Assembly: GCA_025603075.1 (NCBI GenBank)
Contig: MU626297.1
Location: 1 to 64,000, forward strand
Reading direction: 5' to 3'
DNA from: Neoconidiobolus thromboides FSU 785
Taxonomy: Eukaryota; Fungi; Entomophthoromycota
Length of the DNA: 64,000 bases
Position numbers and translations under genes: made by a program. The notes below the pieces were generated by a model. The model ran no database searches. It saw only the letters and a list, made by a program, of their open reading frames with translations, and had not been told where the DNA came from. Positions 24,966-38,258 of this stretch are shown piece after piece; the stretch's first letter is position 1; every line of letters starts with the position of its first letter.

Positions 24966-26151
24966 TTATTTATTTAAAGGTGAATCATTAGAGCCAAATG
25001 TAGTCCAAGTAGAAATGTTATCTGTCTTTTCTAAACATGCCCAAGACATATTGTTATCTATTAAAAATATTAGCTTATTAGTTTATAACATTATATCACT
25101 AACTACCTTTAGCTAAAATAACTTCTACTTTAGTAGATAAAACTCCATAGCTGCAGTTTTCAGGCTGAATTGACTAACAATAATATTGTTTAATTTATCA
25201 TTGTTATCTGATAATAAATGGTTACCTGGAATAGTTCAAACTCCTTTTCAAATAGTTTGTTGTCTTGGAATTTTATTTTTACGGTTAGCTAATTAAATTG
25301 ATTAGCTTATTTTATATATACGTTGGATCCTTTTACCTTATCTTTATTAAATACAATTGCGCTTTCTTCTTTATCTGTCTTCTTTGCAAAAATAGATAAG
25401 ATGACTTGAGAAGGTGATTGATACCAGTCGAATCTACAATCTGACTTTAATAATTCATCACTCTAAATATCATTAGTATTAATAGCTTTGAATGAAGTTA
25501 GATTACCTTATTTTCAAGTGGATTAATTTTTTCGATAAAAACGTGTTTTCTTTGAACACACCCTTTGATTTTTAAAAACTCGTCAAACTCCAAGACCTTT
25601 CTTTTGCAGCAGGAGTAGCCCTTAGACCCTTCATGGAAGATAGGTAATCCCGGATGAAAATAACAGTTTGAGTCTTCTTCTTCTCCTCTTGATACCTTAT
25701 TATCAACGAATTTGTGTCCACATCCTCGTCTTTTACATAAGGTACCAGCTTTAACTTCTTTGTCGGTATCATCCTCTTTATTAATTTCAATCGCTTCCAA
25801 CTCTTTCGCCTTTTCCTTTCTCTCTTCTTTTGAAATAATATTAACTTGAGGCAACGCTTCTGAGACTTGTTTTAAATCAAAAGCTACATTAGGGCTGCTA
25901 ACTTCCTCTTTTTGTTCTACAGGTTTAACATAATACTCTTTGCTTTCTAAATCAACCTCAGTTGAGTGACTTCCTACACTACACCCTGGGATCTTTAAAA
26001 ACATGTCAAAATCCGTTTCCCTTTTATTACAGCAACTCCAGCCCTTTAACCCTTCATGAAAAACTGGTTTACCAGTGTGATACACACATGATTCTTTCTC
26101 ATTATCTTCTTTAATTTCTTTCCCGCAGCCTCGTCTTGTACAGATTACCAT
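24966..26151 (-). CDS. CHORDC1: CHORD-domain Hsp90 co-chaperone (two CHORD domains plus CS domain)
   Basis: CTRRGC..CVYHTGKPVFHEGLKGWSCC..GC..GSH and CKRRGC..CYFHPGLPIFHEGSKGYSCCKRKVLEFDEFLKIKGC; spliced CS domain RFDWYQSPSQVILSIFAK...TKVEVILAK. Confidence 0.93.
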
Positions 26152-26882
26152 TGTGTTGTATCGTCTTTTTTGAGCTTAATCTAATTTTATTACTTTCAAA
26201 CAAGTCTAGAAAATTCTATGTCATTTTAGATTTTATAATTTTTTTGAAACTATAGGAGTTACTATATTTAGAACTATAATGATGCTTGTTAATAAAAATA
26301 GAAATAGAATTCTACTAATACTGGTATGAAATAATTATGTAAATTAATAATAGATATGATACTATCTGTATATGAATAGAGGGGATATCTGATAATCTCA
26401 AATAGAAATAATAATCAATAATGGTAATATATCAATATATACTAAAAAATCAATCAACAAAATAAAAAATATACTATAAATTCGATAGTAAACTGAACTA
26501 ATGTTTGTTTATTTTGATAATTTAAATATTGAAAAGTAAAGTATTTTATGACGCGTTTGACAAGTTTTTGATTTAATATTATTCGTGTATCTCATCCTTT
26601 TCAAGTCGTTTAAATCAGCATTCAGCTGTAATACTTCATTTATAATAAAAGACTCTACTAGTGAACTTGTATTAATATTGTTACACTATTTTGTACTGCG
26701 TTCCTAACTTAATAACTTTATTCATTCCTTTTCATGTGTAAATCTAAAAACATTATTTTTATACTTCGCTCCATCTATTCATTCCTACTATTAAATAAAT
26801 AAAAATTTAAACAATTACCATCGAACTGAACACAAGAATAAAACTTTTTAATATTTAATTAAACCCTTAAATTATGTTTTAT

Positions 26883-27165
26883 TTATTGTTGGGCAGCAGC
26901 TGCTTTAAGGGCAGTGAAAGTACCCTTTTTGGCAAAACGTTGGTTACGGATGAATTTGGAATCAACCTGAATTATTATAAATATAAAAAGTATACATTAG
27001 ATAAATAAGCTTACACCGCGGTTAGAAGAATAACGGAAAGTCTTTGGCTTTTTGATACCGTTACGATGAGCCTTACGGTCTATTTAGTTTAAATATAATG
27101 TTCTTAAAATTTAAAATTTAAAATTTACTTTGGTTGTGATTGGTATGATTCTTAGACTTAGACAT
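26883..27165 (-). CDS. RPL29: 60S ribosomal protein L29 (eL29)
   Basis: MSKSKNHTNHNQ|NRKAHRNGIKKPKTFRYSSNRG|VDSKFIRNQRFAKKG; two short introns. Not in the ORF track. Confidence 0.97.
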
Positions 27166-27825
27166 GGCTCAATTAGCTAATATATAATTTGATAAATATA
27201 TTTCTTTAATAATAGTTTCATAACAATTCAATTATAACGATAGTGATAATTTGTTATATCATTCTATTTAATATTCTCCGATGGATGTGTTTTATTTAAC
27301 TGAATAATTAAGAGTATATGACATACCTTATCTACTGTTTTTGTAAAAGAGAGACCTTTTTTACTTGAGTACTAGCAAATTATCTGGCTATTACTAAAGA
27401 TTTGACTAAAAATGAACTTTAATTGATTGGATAAATTAAATCTTGAAATTAATATCAAAATAAAAAGTAGTATAATAAAAATTAGCATTATAATGATAAT
27501 AAAAATTTATAGATATATTAATGAATATAACATAACTAAATTTTAGACTTAATAATATAAAATTATATTTCGTGAATTTATTTATTAATGTAATAATTTA
27601 TTTTTTAGAGATCCTATACTCTACATATTTAGTATATCTAATTATAAAATATAAAGCCTCAAATGGGGTAACATTTATAGTTTGTATCGTTCTATAAAAA
27701 AGTTTAAAATCGAAAACACTTATATTTTTAACATCAAATTTATAAAGATACTAAACTAGTTTACTTCAAATGAACGGAACCGATTAAATATAAACTCAAA
27801 GTAACAAAAATGATTATTACTTTAA

Positions 27826-30679
27826 TTAATAGGTAGAGGAAGGTGATTCAGTCCTTAGGGTGTTAGGTGGCCTCAACCTAGGGGGTGGAATAGGGGATGA
27901 AGATTTGAGGGCATCTTCATTTAAACTTAGTGATTCCAAACCCTCCATAGCATCCTTTGAATTTAGTAAAAGATATTTTTTTCTCCACTCTCTTTCTTGC
28001 TCTAAAGCTTGTTCAAGCTCTGTCACCCTACGTTGTGCAAACGTAGTCTCATCACTTTTTAAATTATTTGATGCGGCTTCAATCTCTGCTTTCTTAAACA
28101 ATAACAATTCCAACCTCTTCACTTTATCCTTTAAATCTGTAACTTGTTTTGATTGTACTTTACGTTCTTGCTCAAGCTCCAATATAACCCTATTTTGATC
28201 TTCAATAATTTCTTCCATTTCTACAATTTCTGATTTATTATTTGTCTCATTTATCTCATCTTGGTTTATGGGTGTATAAAATGAGTCATTTGAAGGTGAT
28301 TTTTCAGAACCTCTTTGGCTTGATTCTCTTGTTGGGTCAAATGGTAAAGTCCTTGGTAAATTTAAAGTAGACAATATATCTGATTCTGTACGTGAAAATT
28401 GTCTTGATAATCTTAATGAGGCTACTCTACCTAAAGTAGTACTAACTTTTTCTTCAATAGCTTTGGCTTGTTGTTGAGATTGGGAATGATTGTCTTCTTC
28501 CCATGCGTTTTTGTTATTTAAAATATTTTGATATTTTTTATAAATAACTGTTGGGTCTTCATAAATCCCGGATTCATTATCAAGTGAATCTAATAATGTT
28601 TCAAGCGCTTGGATATATCGATTCTTAAATTTTAGGTCTTCTAATACCCAATCTAATCGTTCATTACGATCCTTTTGTTTCCCCATAAAACTTAATCGTT
28701 GACTAAAGAATCCTTTTTCTTTTTGAGATATATGTACTGAAAGTGGTCTTGAGCGTTTAAATACTTTATCCTCCATTGACGTGGATGTTAATATTAATTT
28801 AGTAAGATGATCAATTCTTTCTTTATATGCTGTTCTAGCTAAATTAAGTTCTAGTAATTCGCCTTCATATTGTTGATTCTTTTGTCTAAGTTGCTCTAAC
28901 TCTTCAGATTGACTTTTCTCAATAGTAGTATTTGTGTCAACTAATTTTATTTTCAAATCATTAATCTCACTTTGATATTTTTGAATCAACGCTTTTCCAT
29001 CTTTGATTGGATTCTTTTGAGCCTTAATTGTTATCGTTTTAATTCTTGCTCCAAATTTTAATGTACTTAAACTTTCTTCAACATAAGTTCCTGCAGAATT
29101 AATAGTGCAAATAACCCCAATTCTAGAATTCCCACTTAATGCACTTTGTAAAACTCTAGTTAGTTTAGAATCTCGATATGGGATATGTCCTACTTTGCCA
29201 TCGGCAATCTTAGATATGACTGAGCCTAAAGTTAGTAAACTTTTATTTATAAAGGCCGCTTCTTTGCGTCTCTCTCCATCAGTACTATTTTTTTCAGATC
29301 CTGCCAAATCAATTAAGTTCTAATAAGGTGGATTAGTAATAGCGTGGTTCAATAAATAAAGCCTTACAAGCTGGGAGAATTTAACCCCACCTTGTTGTTT
29401 TTTGTGGAACCCCAATACATGCCTTTTGTTTAAGCTCAATTTAGAGTGACTATCATCTCGACATTCAATTAGCTAATTTAAAATTGATTAATAAATTATT
29501 TTTATCATATTCATAAACTAATTACGATCTGAAATAAAGTATGCGATCTTGAGGAATGCTCATGATAATCATTAGATGCAATGTGCCTGTTAGCTAAAAA
29601 TAATAAATAAAAAAGCAGTCATGAAATTGAAATATACCTTCTCCACGATCAATAATTTTCATTACTTGTTTTGGCGTTGTTACTATCTCCTCTTTCAACG
29701 GAGCCACATAAACGCCTCTCTAAATTTATTAGCAATATTTAGAGTAAAATTCAAATTTAAGTTTACTATTTTGTCTTCATGTACTCTTAAATCTCCCATT
29801 TCAGGTGATAATAGATCTTTAATTGTTTCATTATAGATCTCTATATACGATACTCTCAAAAGGTACTCTTTACTTCCGCCAGTCTATAATAATAGTTGAA
29901 CTATTTAGGAATTATATAAACTAAATTAATCAAATCTACCCTTTTGATGTATTTAAAGATATCATCTACAGCTTGAGGGATAATTCCAGGCTCTTCTTCA
30001 GTACCTTAATTATTTTTAAATAAAAATGGTAACTTTATTTTAAACAAATAATACCAGTCTAAATAGATTAATTTTTATAGAAATATAATATTAACTCTAA
30101 TTACCATCGTCTATTTTTGGGATATTAAATAAGTTGAATAAAAGCTGGTCAGTTTTATAATATAAAAAATAACAATTTTTCTTACATAAGTTTTTCCAGA
30201 GCTCGTTTGTCCATAAGCAAATAATGTACCTGCCAAATATAAGTAATCAACCAAAAAATTCAAAATTAAGCTACCATTATAACCTTCCATAGCGGATCTA
30301 TATAGTTATAATTATGATTAAATAAAGCTTACAATTAAAATTTTAAACTTACAACACAATATCTCTCCCACACTTTGAATAGACCTCAAAATTATCTGAG
30401 CCTGTAAAGCAAAGGTCTAAAATGGTGAAATTAGCTGAATCAATATATTTGTTGGTAATAAATACCATAAATTTGAGAAAAATTGGGCTTCTTAAACCTT
30501 TCGCAATACTTGGGGTCCAATTGAATCTTTGGAAATGTGTGCGGAAGTTCTTCAAATACCCAAGGGGAAGAGTTTTCTGTAGTTTTAGTTGGTTTTAATC
30601 GAATCCCAACACGTACATTTTCAGTTCTCTCCTTTTCATTGTGCGTTGGCGATAATACTGCTCTACGTAATTTGTCCAT
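27826..30679 (-). CDS. Kinesin-7 (Kip2/CENP-E-like) N-terminal motor with coiled-coil tail
   Basis: ENVRVGIRLKP, FAYGQTSSGKTY, SSRSH, LIDLAGSE, FINKSLLTLGSVI, HIPYRDSKLTRVLQSALSGNSRIGVICTI. Subfamily assignment is from motif resemblance. Confidence 0.92.
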
Positions 30680-30983
30680 TTCTTTTGCAAAGCTTATTAT
30701 TACTTAACGATTCCTATTATTTATTTTAAAACTAAAAATGATAAAATAGTTCAAATTTTAATGACTTGCTTTGTGCTTAAATTAGATTAATGTTTTAATT
30801 AGAACAGAGTAAATTCAAATAGATTGCAAGACCAATTAGCTCTGGATTTTGGCTTAGATAGTCACTTATAATTTGCTGTATCTCATTTGCCTCACTTTTA
30901 GGAAATTTGTAACGTCATCTTAGTTTAAAATGTAGAAAATACACAATTTAGCTCCTTTTTAATCAACTATTGTATATTAAATC

Positions 30984-31721
30984 ATGAATAAGAGCGATAT
31001 ATCCTCCTTTATAATAAACCCGCTATCAAGCTTTCACACATTGTTATTTTTATCCGTGATAAGCTATTTTATCCGATTGATGCTAACCCCTGAACTTACA
31101 GTGGTAAGTCATACACTAGCTTTATTTTCATTAACCAGCTTCTGGTTGGGAAGTATAATAAGTATCACTTTATTACAAAACTTTATAAAGACTTTAGCAC
31201 CAACGTTGACAACCATCATAAGCTTAGATATTAGCCGACATGTTTTGTCAACATTTAATAAGTTTGAGATACTAATTAGTATAACTTTATTACATTTGTT
31301 AGAAATGCAATGGACTACGCCTACTCTTCAATTACCCTATAAATTCAACGAGTTGGAGTCTTTAAACTTATCCATTTTATCACCTATTGTACTAGTTGGC
31401 TTCTTACAAACCTGTTGGCTATTACCTGCTTTATTACATAGGTCTCAGTTCTTAATAGCTTCGAATGTTATCCCAGATAATACCACTACCTCTACTCCTA
31501 CTTCTACTTCTACCAATGGCTCAGATAGTCCTTCTCAATCCACTGTAACTTACAGTAGAATCAATAATAATCATATCACAGCCAATGAAAATCAATCGCG
31601 TTCTTTTTCATATTTGCTTTATATTGCTACAGAAGTGGTCAAAGTTAGCTGTTTAATTTATTCGTTAAAACTATTGTCCAAAGTGCTAATCCATTACGTA
31701 CAAACAGTGGCGCGTCATTAA
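30984..31721 (+). CDS. Intronless multi-pass membrane protein, DUF4149/TMEM205-like
   Basis: SFWLGSIISI..IKTLAP..SLDISRHVLSTFNKFE and C-terminal LYIATEVVKVSCL resemble the DUF4149-like pattern FW.G...IS..EA.LKF.AP......IGR.VF.A.N..E / YV..EV.KV. Recognised by eye only. Confidence 0.55.
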   Translation: MNKSDISSFIINPLSSFHTLLFLSVISYFIRLMLTPELTVVSHTLALFSLTSFWLGSIISITLLQNFIKTLAPTLTTIISLDISRHVLSTFNKFEILISITLLHLLEMQWTTPTLQLPYKFNELESLNLSILSPIVLVGFLQTCWLLPALLHRSQFLIASNVIPDNTTTSTPTSTSTNGSDSPSQSTVTYSRINNNHITANENQSRSFSYLLYIATEVVKVSCLIYSLKLLSKVLIHYVQTVARH

Positions 31722-31952
31722 GATATCTTATTTATTGTAGGCAAAAATAAACTTTTGGCTTATTAATTGTGCCTTTCTACTTGTTTACACTATAAAATAC
31801 TCTAGTTTATATGCTATTATAGCCTCAGTATGATTAAAGCGATTTTAGTAATAACCAATTAAATAAAAATCATAGCTAAAATTTAGCAAGTTTAACAATT
31901 CGAATATATTTCAAGAGAAAAAATATAATTTAATTACATTTTAACTTTAATA

Positions 31953-33088
<1,136 letters not shown>

Positions 33089-33643
33089 ATTTAGAATTTT
33101 ACTAGTATTTTTATTTTGATTGTTATACTATATTTAATTCTAAAATAGTTGCATCAGCCTTAAAACCAAATATTCTATTGTTATATCAATATCATAATAT
33201 TTTATCCAACTATCCTTAATAAAAACTATTAGAATCTAAAACTTAGACTTGTAAAAATCACTTCCAATTCCATCATTAAAATAAGTCCACCTTTTATTTT
33301 GGTAAAGATATTACTTTAAATCTTTATACTATAATTTATATACAAGAGAACATGTATCTACTATCACCAATGATATCATATAGATGTCCTTTTAACATAT
33401 TAATGTATAGACTTGGTTTCAATCATCATTGTAATTCACTTGGTTGCTTGAAACCTAAAAACAGCTATATTACATGATTTTAATTTATTTATTGTTAAAA
33501 TAAAACAATTCCAGTTTGAATGTATTTAGAAAAAAAATCCACATTAAACCTTATATTATAAAAAGTATTTACAATTGTACTAAATTTAATTCATCTTATT
33601 ATATATAAATTTATTGAAAAGGTAAACTTTAGAATATTAACGT

Positions 33644-35156
33644 CTATTGTAATTGTGATAAACGTTTGATCTCAACTGGGTTGAATCCTGGCATAGGGTA
33701 TGAACGAGCAAAATTTTGAACTTCAGCTTTAAGATCTAGTATTTCTTCATTACCTTGAAGCTCTTTGACAAAATCTTTTAACAATTTAGATGGGGCAGAT
33801 TCCTAATAATTAATTAGATGTATAAAATTAAATCATATTTTGAAATTACCTGAACTTTAAGAGCAATTTTTACAGCGCGATCTAAGAAATAGGCAACTCT
33901 AATGAAATCTTGAATATTAAATGAACGAGAAGTAAGGGAGCTAGTTCCAAGACGTACACCACCTGGGGAAAGAGCTGAAACATCACCATGTACAGCATTT
34001 TTGTTAATAGTGATATGTGCAGCATCACAAACCTTTTCTAACTTAGATCCAGTAAGGTTGATTGGACGAAGATCCCAAAGGATACAATGATTATCAGTAC
34101 CATTAGTTACAACTTTATAACCAAGTGAAATTAATTCATCAGCTAAGGCAACAGCATTACGCTTGACTTGTAAAGCATAATCATGGAACTCAAATGAAGC
34201 AGCTTGTTTTAAAGCTACAGCAATAGCAGCAATGGTGTGGTTGTGTGGACCACCTTGGCAAGATGGGAAAACAGCTTGGTTGATACGAGATTCGAGATCT
34301 ACGTGTTTAGGATCATCATTTCCACGACGGAAGAAAATCATACCAGCACGAGGACCTCTAAGGGTTTTGTGGGTAGTGGTGGTTACAACATCACAATAAT
34401 TGAAAGGATCATTGACAACATCACCAGCTACAAGGCCAGAAATATGAGCCATATCGCAAAGAAGATAAGCACCATGTTGATCAGCGATTTGACGAAGACG
34501 AGCAAAGTCCCAATCACGAGGGTAAGCTGAAGCACCACAGATTAAAATTTGTGGACGGAAAAGTTTGGCATTGGCTTCAAGACGATCATAATCAATATAA
34601 CCAGTTTCACTATCAACTTGGTATGGCATAGATTGGAAATAGATTGAAGATGAGGAAATCTTCTTCTTAGCAGTTTGATAGCCATGGGTTAAATGACCAC
34701 CAGAAGGAAGATCTAATCCCATAACACGATCAAAAGGCTTAATCATACCGGTAAAGGCAGCAAAATTGGCAGTAGAGCCAGAGTAAGGTTGTACATTAAC
34801 ACCCCAACGTTCTGGGGAAAGTTTGAATGCAGCAAGAGCACGTTTGATACAAAGTTGTTCAACTTTATCGACAACCTCATTACCACCATAATAACGAGCA
34901 CCAGGGAGACCTTCAGAATATTTGTTTGTTAAACAAGATCCATTGGCTTCCATAACAGCGCGAGAAGTAAAATTTTCTGAAGCAATAAGTTCAAGACCAG
35001 AGAATTGACGGAACTTTTCTTCTTCAATAAGATAAAAGATCTCACTATCTTCTTGCTCTAATGGAGTGTTAAGACACACATTCTAAAGGATTTAATTCAA
35101 TGAAATAATGATTAATATAGTTAATATACCCAAGGATCTACGTAAGGTTCAGCCAT
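33644..35156 (-). CDS. SHM2: Serine hydroxymethyltransferase, cytosolic
   Basis: [46 protein letters not shown] (PLP lysine), QGGPHNH. The short first exon MAEPYVDPW has no presequence. Confidence 0.97.
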
Positions 35157-36522
35157 TTTACTTTTACTTTTAGTTAATAAAGTGTAATTTTGATTTTTTC
35201 ACTTGAGGTGGATTTTAAACCTTTTCAGTTTATGTATTCTTATAGTTTACTAGACCTAATTGGGTAATATTCCTCTATGCATAATCTTCTTATCTAAAAC
35301 CAATTGAGAAAGTTAAAGATTAAATACCCGAACTTAATTGGTGTAATTTCTTTATTTTTTTGTCCCATCGAGAATTTTGATTCTTCTCCTAAAATAGAAA
35401 CTGTATATCAATAGCAAATAGGCTTAATGATTGGATTAATCAATTTTCATAGAGTTTAATTAGTTTAAGTAAAAGTGGTTAGTCATGCTACATCACTTAT
35501 TTCCTAAGAATAGTATATAGAGTACGTGGAAAAATGTTACAATCATTTATTATTGTAACATTAATAAGGTTCATACTTCTAGAACTCACAGCTTATTTAC
35601 TATATTGTACAAGCTATTCAAAATACATTATATTAAAGTATCAATAACTATTAGGATTTAAGTATATTTAATAAATTTTCAATTTATAAGTAGTATACTC
35701 TGAGATTTGAAAAAGTGCTATGGGATCCATCAATTACACTGATTTGTTTATTAAATAATAATGCAATTTATATAATATTAAAAAAGGAATAATCCAATTA
35801 TTTCCGATTCTAACTTAGACTATCAATTGTATACTTTCAACAAGTCGAACTAATATAATTTTATTTATAAAAAAAGGTTTGGCTATTATATGTAAAATAA
35901 ACATTAATAGACCCGCAGATTGTTTTAAAATGACAACTTTTTGAATCGGTTGAACTAGACTATAAATTAAAATTAAATGTTAACTAATAGTGCATTTTAG
36001 AAAAAATATTGTAGCAATTGCTTCACTTGACTTATTAAACATAACTAGTTAAATCTATAATTCATTGACGTCAATAAACTATACACATGGATTATAAATA
36101 ATAAACTGCGAACAATAATAATAATTTTGAATGTTTATTATTATAGTACAACAAAAGGGATAAATGCTCAAATAAGCAAGCAAAAAAGTAACTGGCTTTA
36201 AATAATAACTAAGCTGGCAAACATTAAAAATTCTGACGATATAACATGATTGCTATATATTTTATTGTCTCAATAAATAGCAATCAAGTGACTGTCATAA
36301 ATATCTTTGAAATATTGTTACAGACTTTATGTAAACATTGCTTTTTACCTAATAAGTCTACTACTGATATTCAAAGTCTTAATACTATTTTCATTTACTT
36401 ACAACCATATATATTTATTCTTTTTATTGCGTAATATTTTTTACCTTCTACATCTAAAAAAAATTACTTTATTTTATATATTACCATTTATTTCCTTTTA
36501 TATAAATATATTTATTAGATCT

Positions 36523-37179
36523 TTAGGCAATAAGAACAACAGCTCCACCATTAGCCTTGATCTTATCTTCGGCACGGCGAGAGATAGAACGAGTCTTAAC
36601 AATTAATGGTTGTTCAGCAAGACGTCCTTTAGCTAAAACTTTTCCGTATCCCTGAAATTATTAGTATGTGAATAATTTTGAAATGCAAATTTCTTACGTG
36701 AGCTAATACATCAACGACTGGGGCAATTTCTTTACCAGCAACTTGTTGACGAATTTCTTCAGGTACAAGGGTAGCGAGTTTAGCACAGTTAATAACTGGT
36801 CTGAAGTTTGGATTTTGTTTCAAGTGGAAATGACGCATACCTACTTTACCGAAATAACCTGGATGGTATTTATCCATGTTGATACGATGGTGATGTTGAC
36901 CACCAGCAAGACCACGACCTCCCGGATGCTTACGGTGTTTACCTACACGACCGTGACCGGCTGATACATGACCACGCTTCTTACGATTTTTACTAAGACG
37001 AGTAGGCTATTTTTATTCTGTTAATAAGCTTTCATCTATTTTGTAATGTAGATCGGGGAAAAAAGTAATATGCATCCATCAAAAAATTGGGTTTATAATA
37101 ATGTTATGTCTGTTTTATTTCCTTTATACTCCTTTTTCCTCTTTATCTACTGATATATATTGTAATAAATTCCTACCAT
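36523..37179 (-). CDS. RPL28: 60S ribosomal protein uL15 (yeast L28 / L27a)
   Basis: ATG-only first coding exon, then [61 protein letters not shown]...[13 protein letters not shown]. Confidence 0.97.
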
Positions 37180-37816
37180 TTTTCAAATCTACAAGTTGTA
37201 ATTTGAGAGAGAGAGTCGAAACTGTATCTTATATTAAGTTATAATACTAAATACATAGATAGAAATGTCAAATTATTGGCCAATTAAATCATTTTATTGC
37301 TTTAATAAAGAGATTTGAATGGCTCTATTTTAACAAATACTTTGATTCAGTAATTTAACAAGTATAAAATTTGAGTAGTATATTTAATAAGATTGTATTA
37401 ATCCATTGTAAATTTTACATGATAGAAATAAATCAAAAGCACCTACAAATGCTTATTTATTCAAATTCATTTCTATATAGCAAATCTTAGATGCTAATGA
37501 TATAAAAATTATAAAGAATATATAAGCATAATTATTAACTCAATATTAAAAAATCCTTAAAAATATTTTATTTTATTTTGGTAAATAACAAACACATTAA
37601 TGAATCAACACTATGTTATCTATCAATAAGCACATCAAAAACAGTCATTAAAGAAATCTAGTAATCGAACAATAAAGCATTTATTCTGGTATGTTAATCA
37701 ATATTTTGATAAAATTATATATTTCTATTATTTAGTGATACTAAAATGAAATAGATAATGTGAAAATATATAAATATTAGTTTTAGTTTATTATACTTTA
37801 AGCTACTTTTAAAATG

Positions 37817-37863
37817 ATAAAGTATCATTGATAAAATTATAAAGTATCATTGATAAAATTATA
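37817..37863. repeat. 22-bp perfect tandem duplication
   Basis: ATAAAGTATCATTGATAAAATT occurs twice in a row. Confidence 0.9.
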
Positions 37864-38258
37864 ATGTTTTTTAAATTTAATGCTGCAAATGTTATGTTAT
37901 CTAGCTAGTGTATAAAAAGTTTTAAAATAGAAGACCCTTGGAAAAGTCAAAAAAAGGAAGGGTCTTCAATAAGGGAGGGAGCATAGGGACATATGAAATT
38001 ATGAATTGTGAATAAAAGCAAGTTAATCAATGGATCAAGCATACAGTGATCGTTCTTTTATTTCGATACATTGTGCACTTTTGAAATAGCTTAAAATATA
38101 AAAAAATAACAGCTAAATGATCAAGAAAAGGGGCATTTACACATTTTACTTTAATCATAATAACAAGAGATATGTTTAATTTTTTGATGGATTAATTTTA
38201 TTATATGTATTTAGTATTTTTATAAAACACATAAAGTATTAAAATCATACTACTTATA

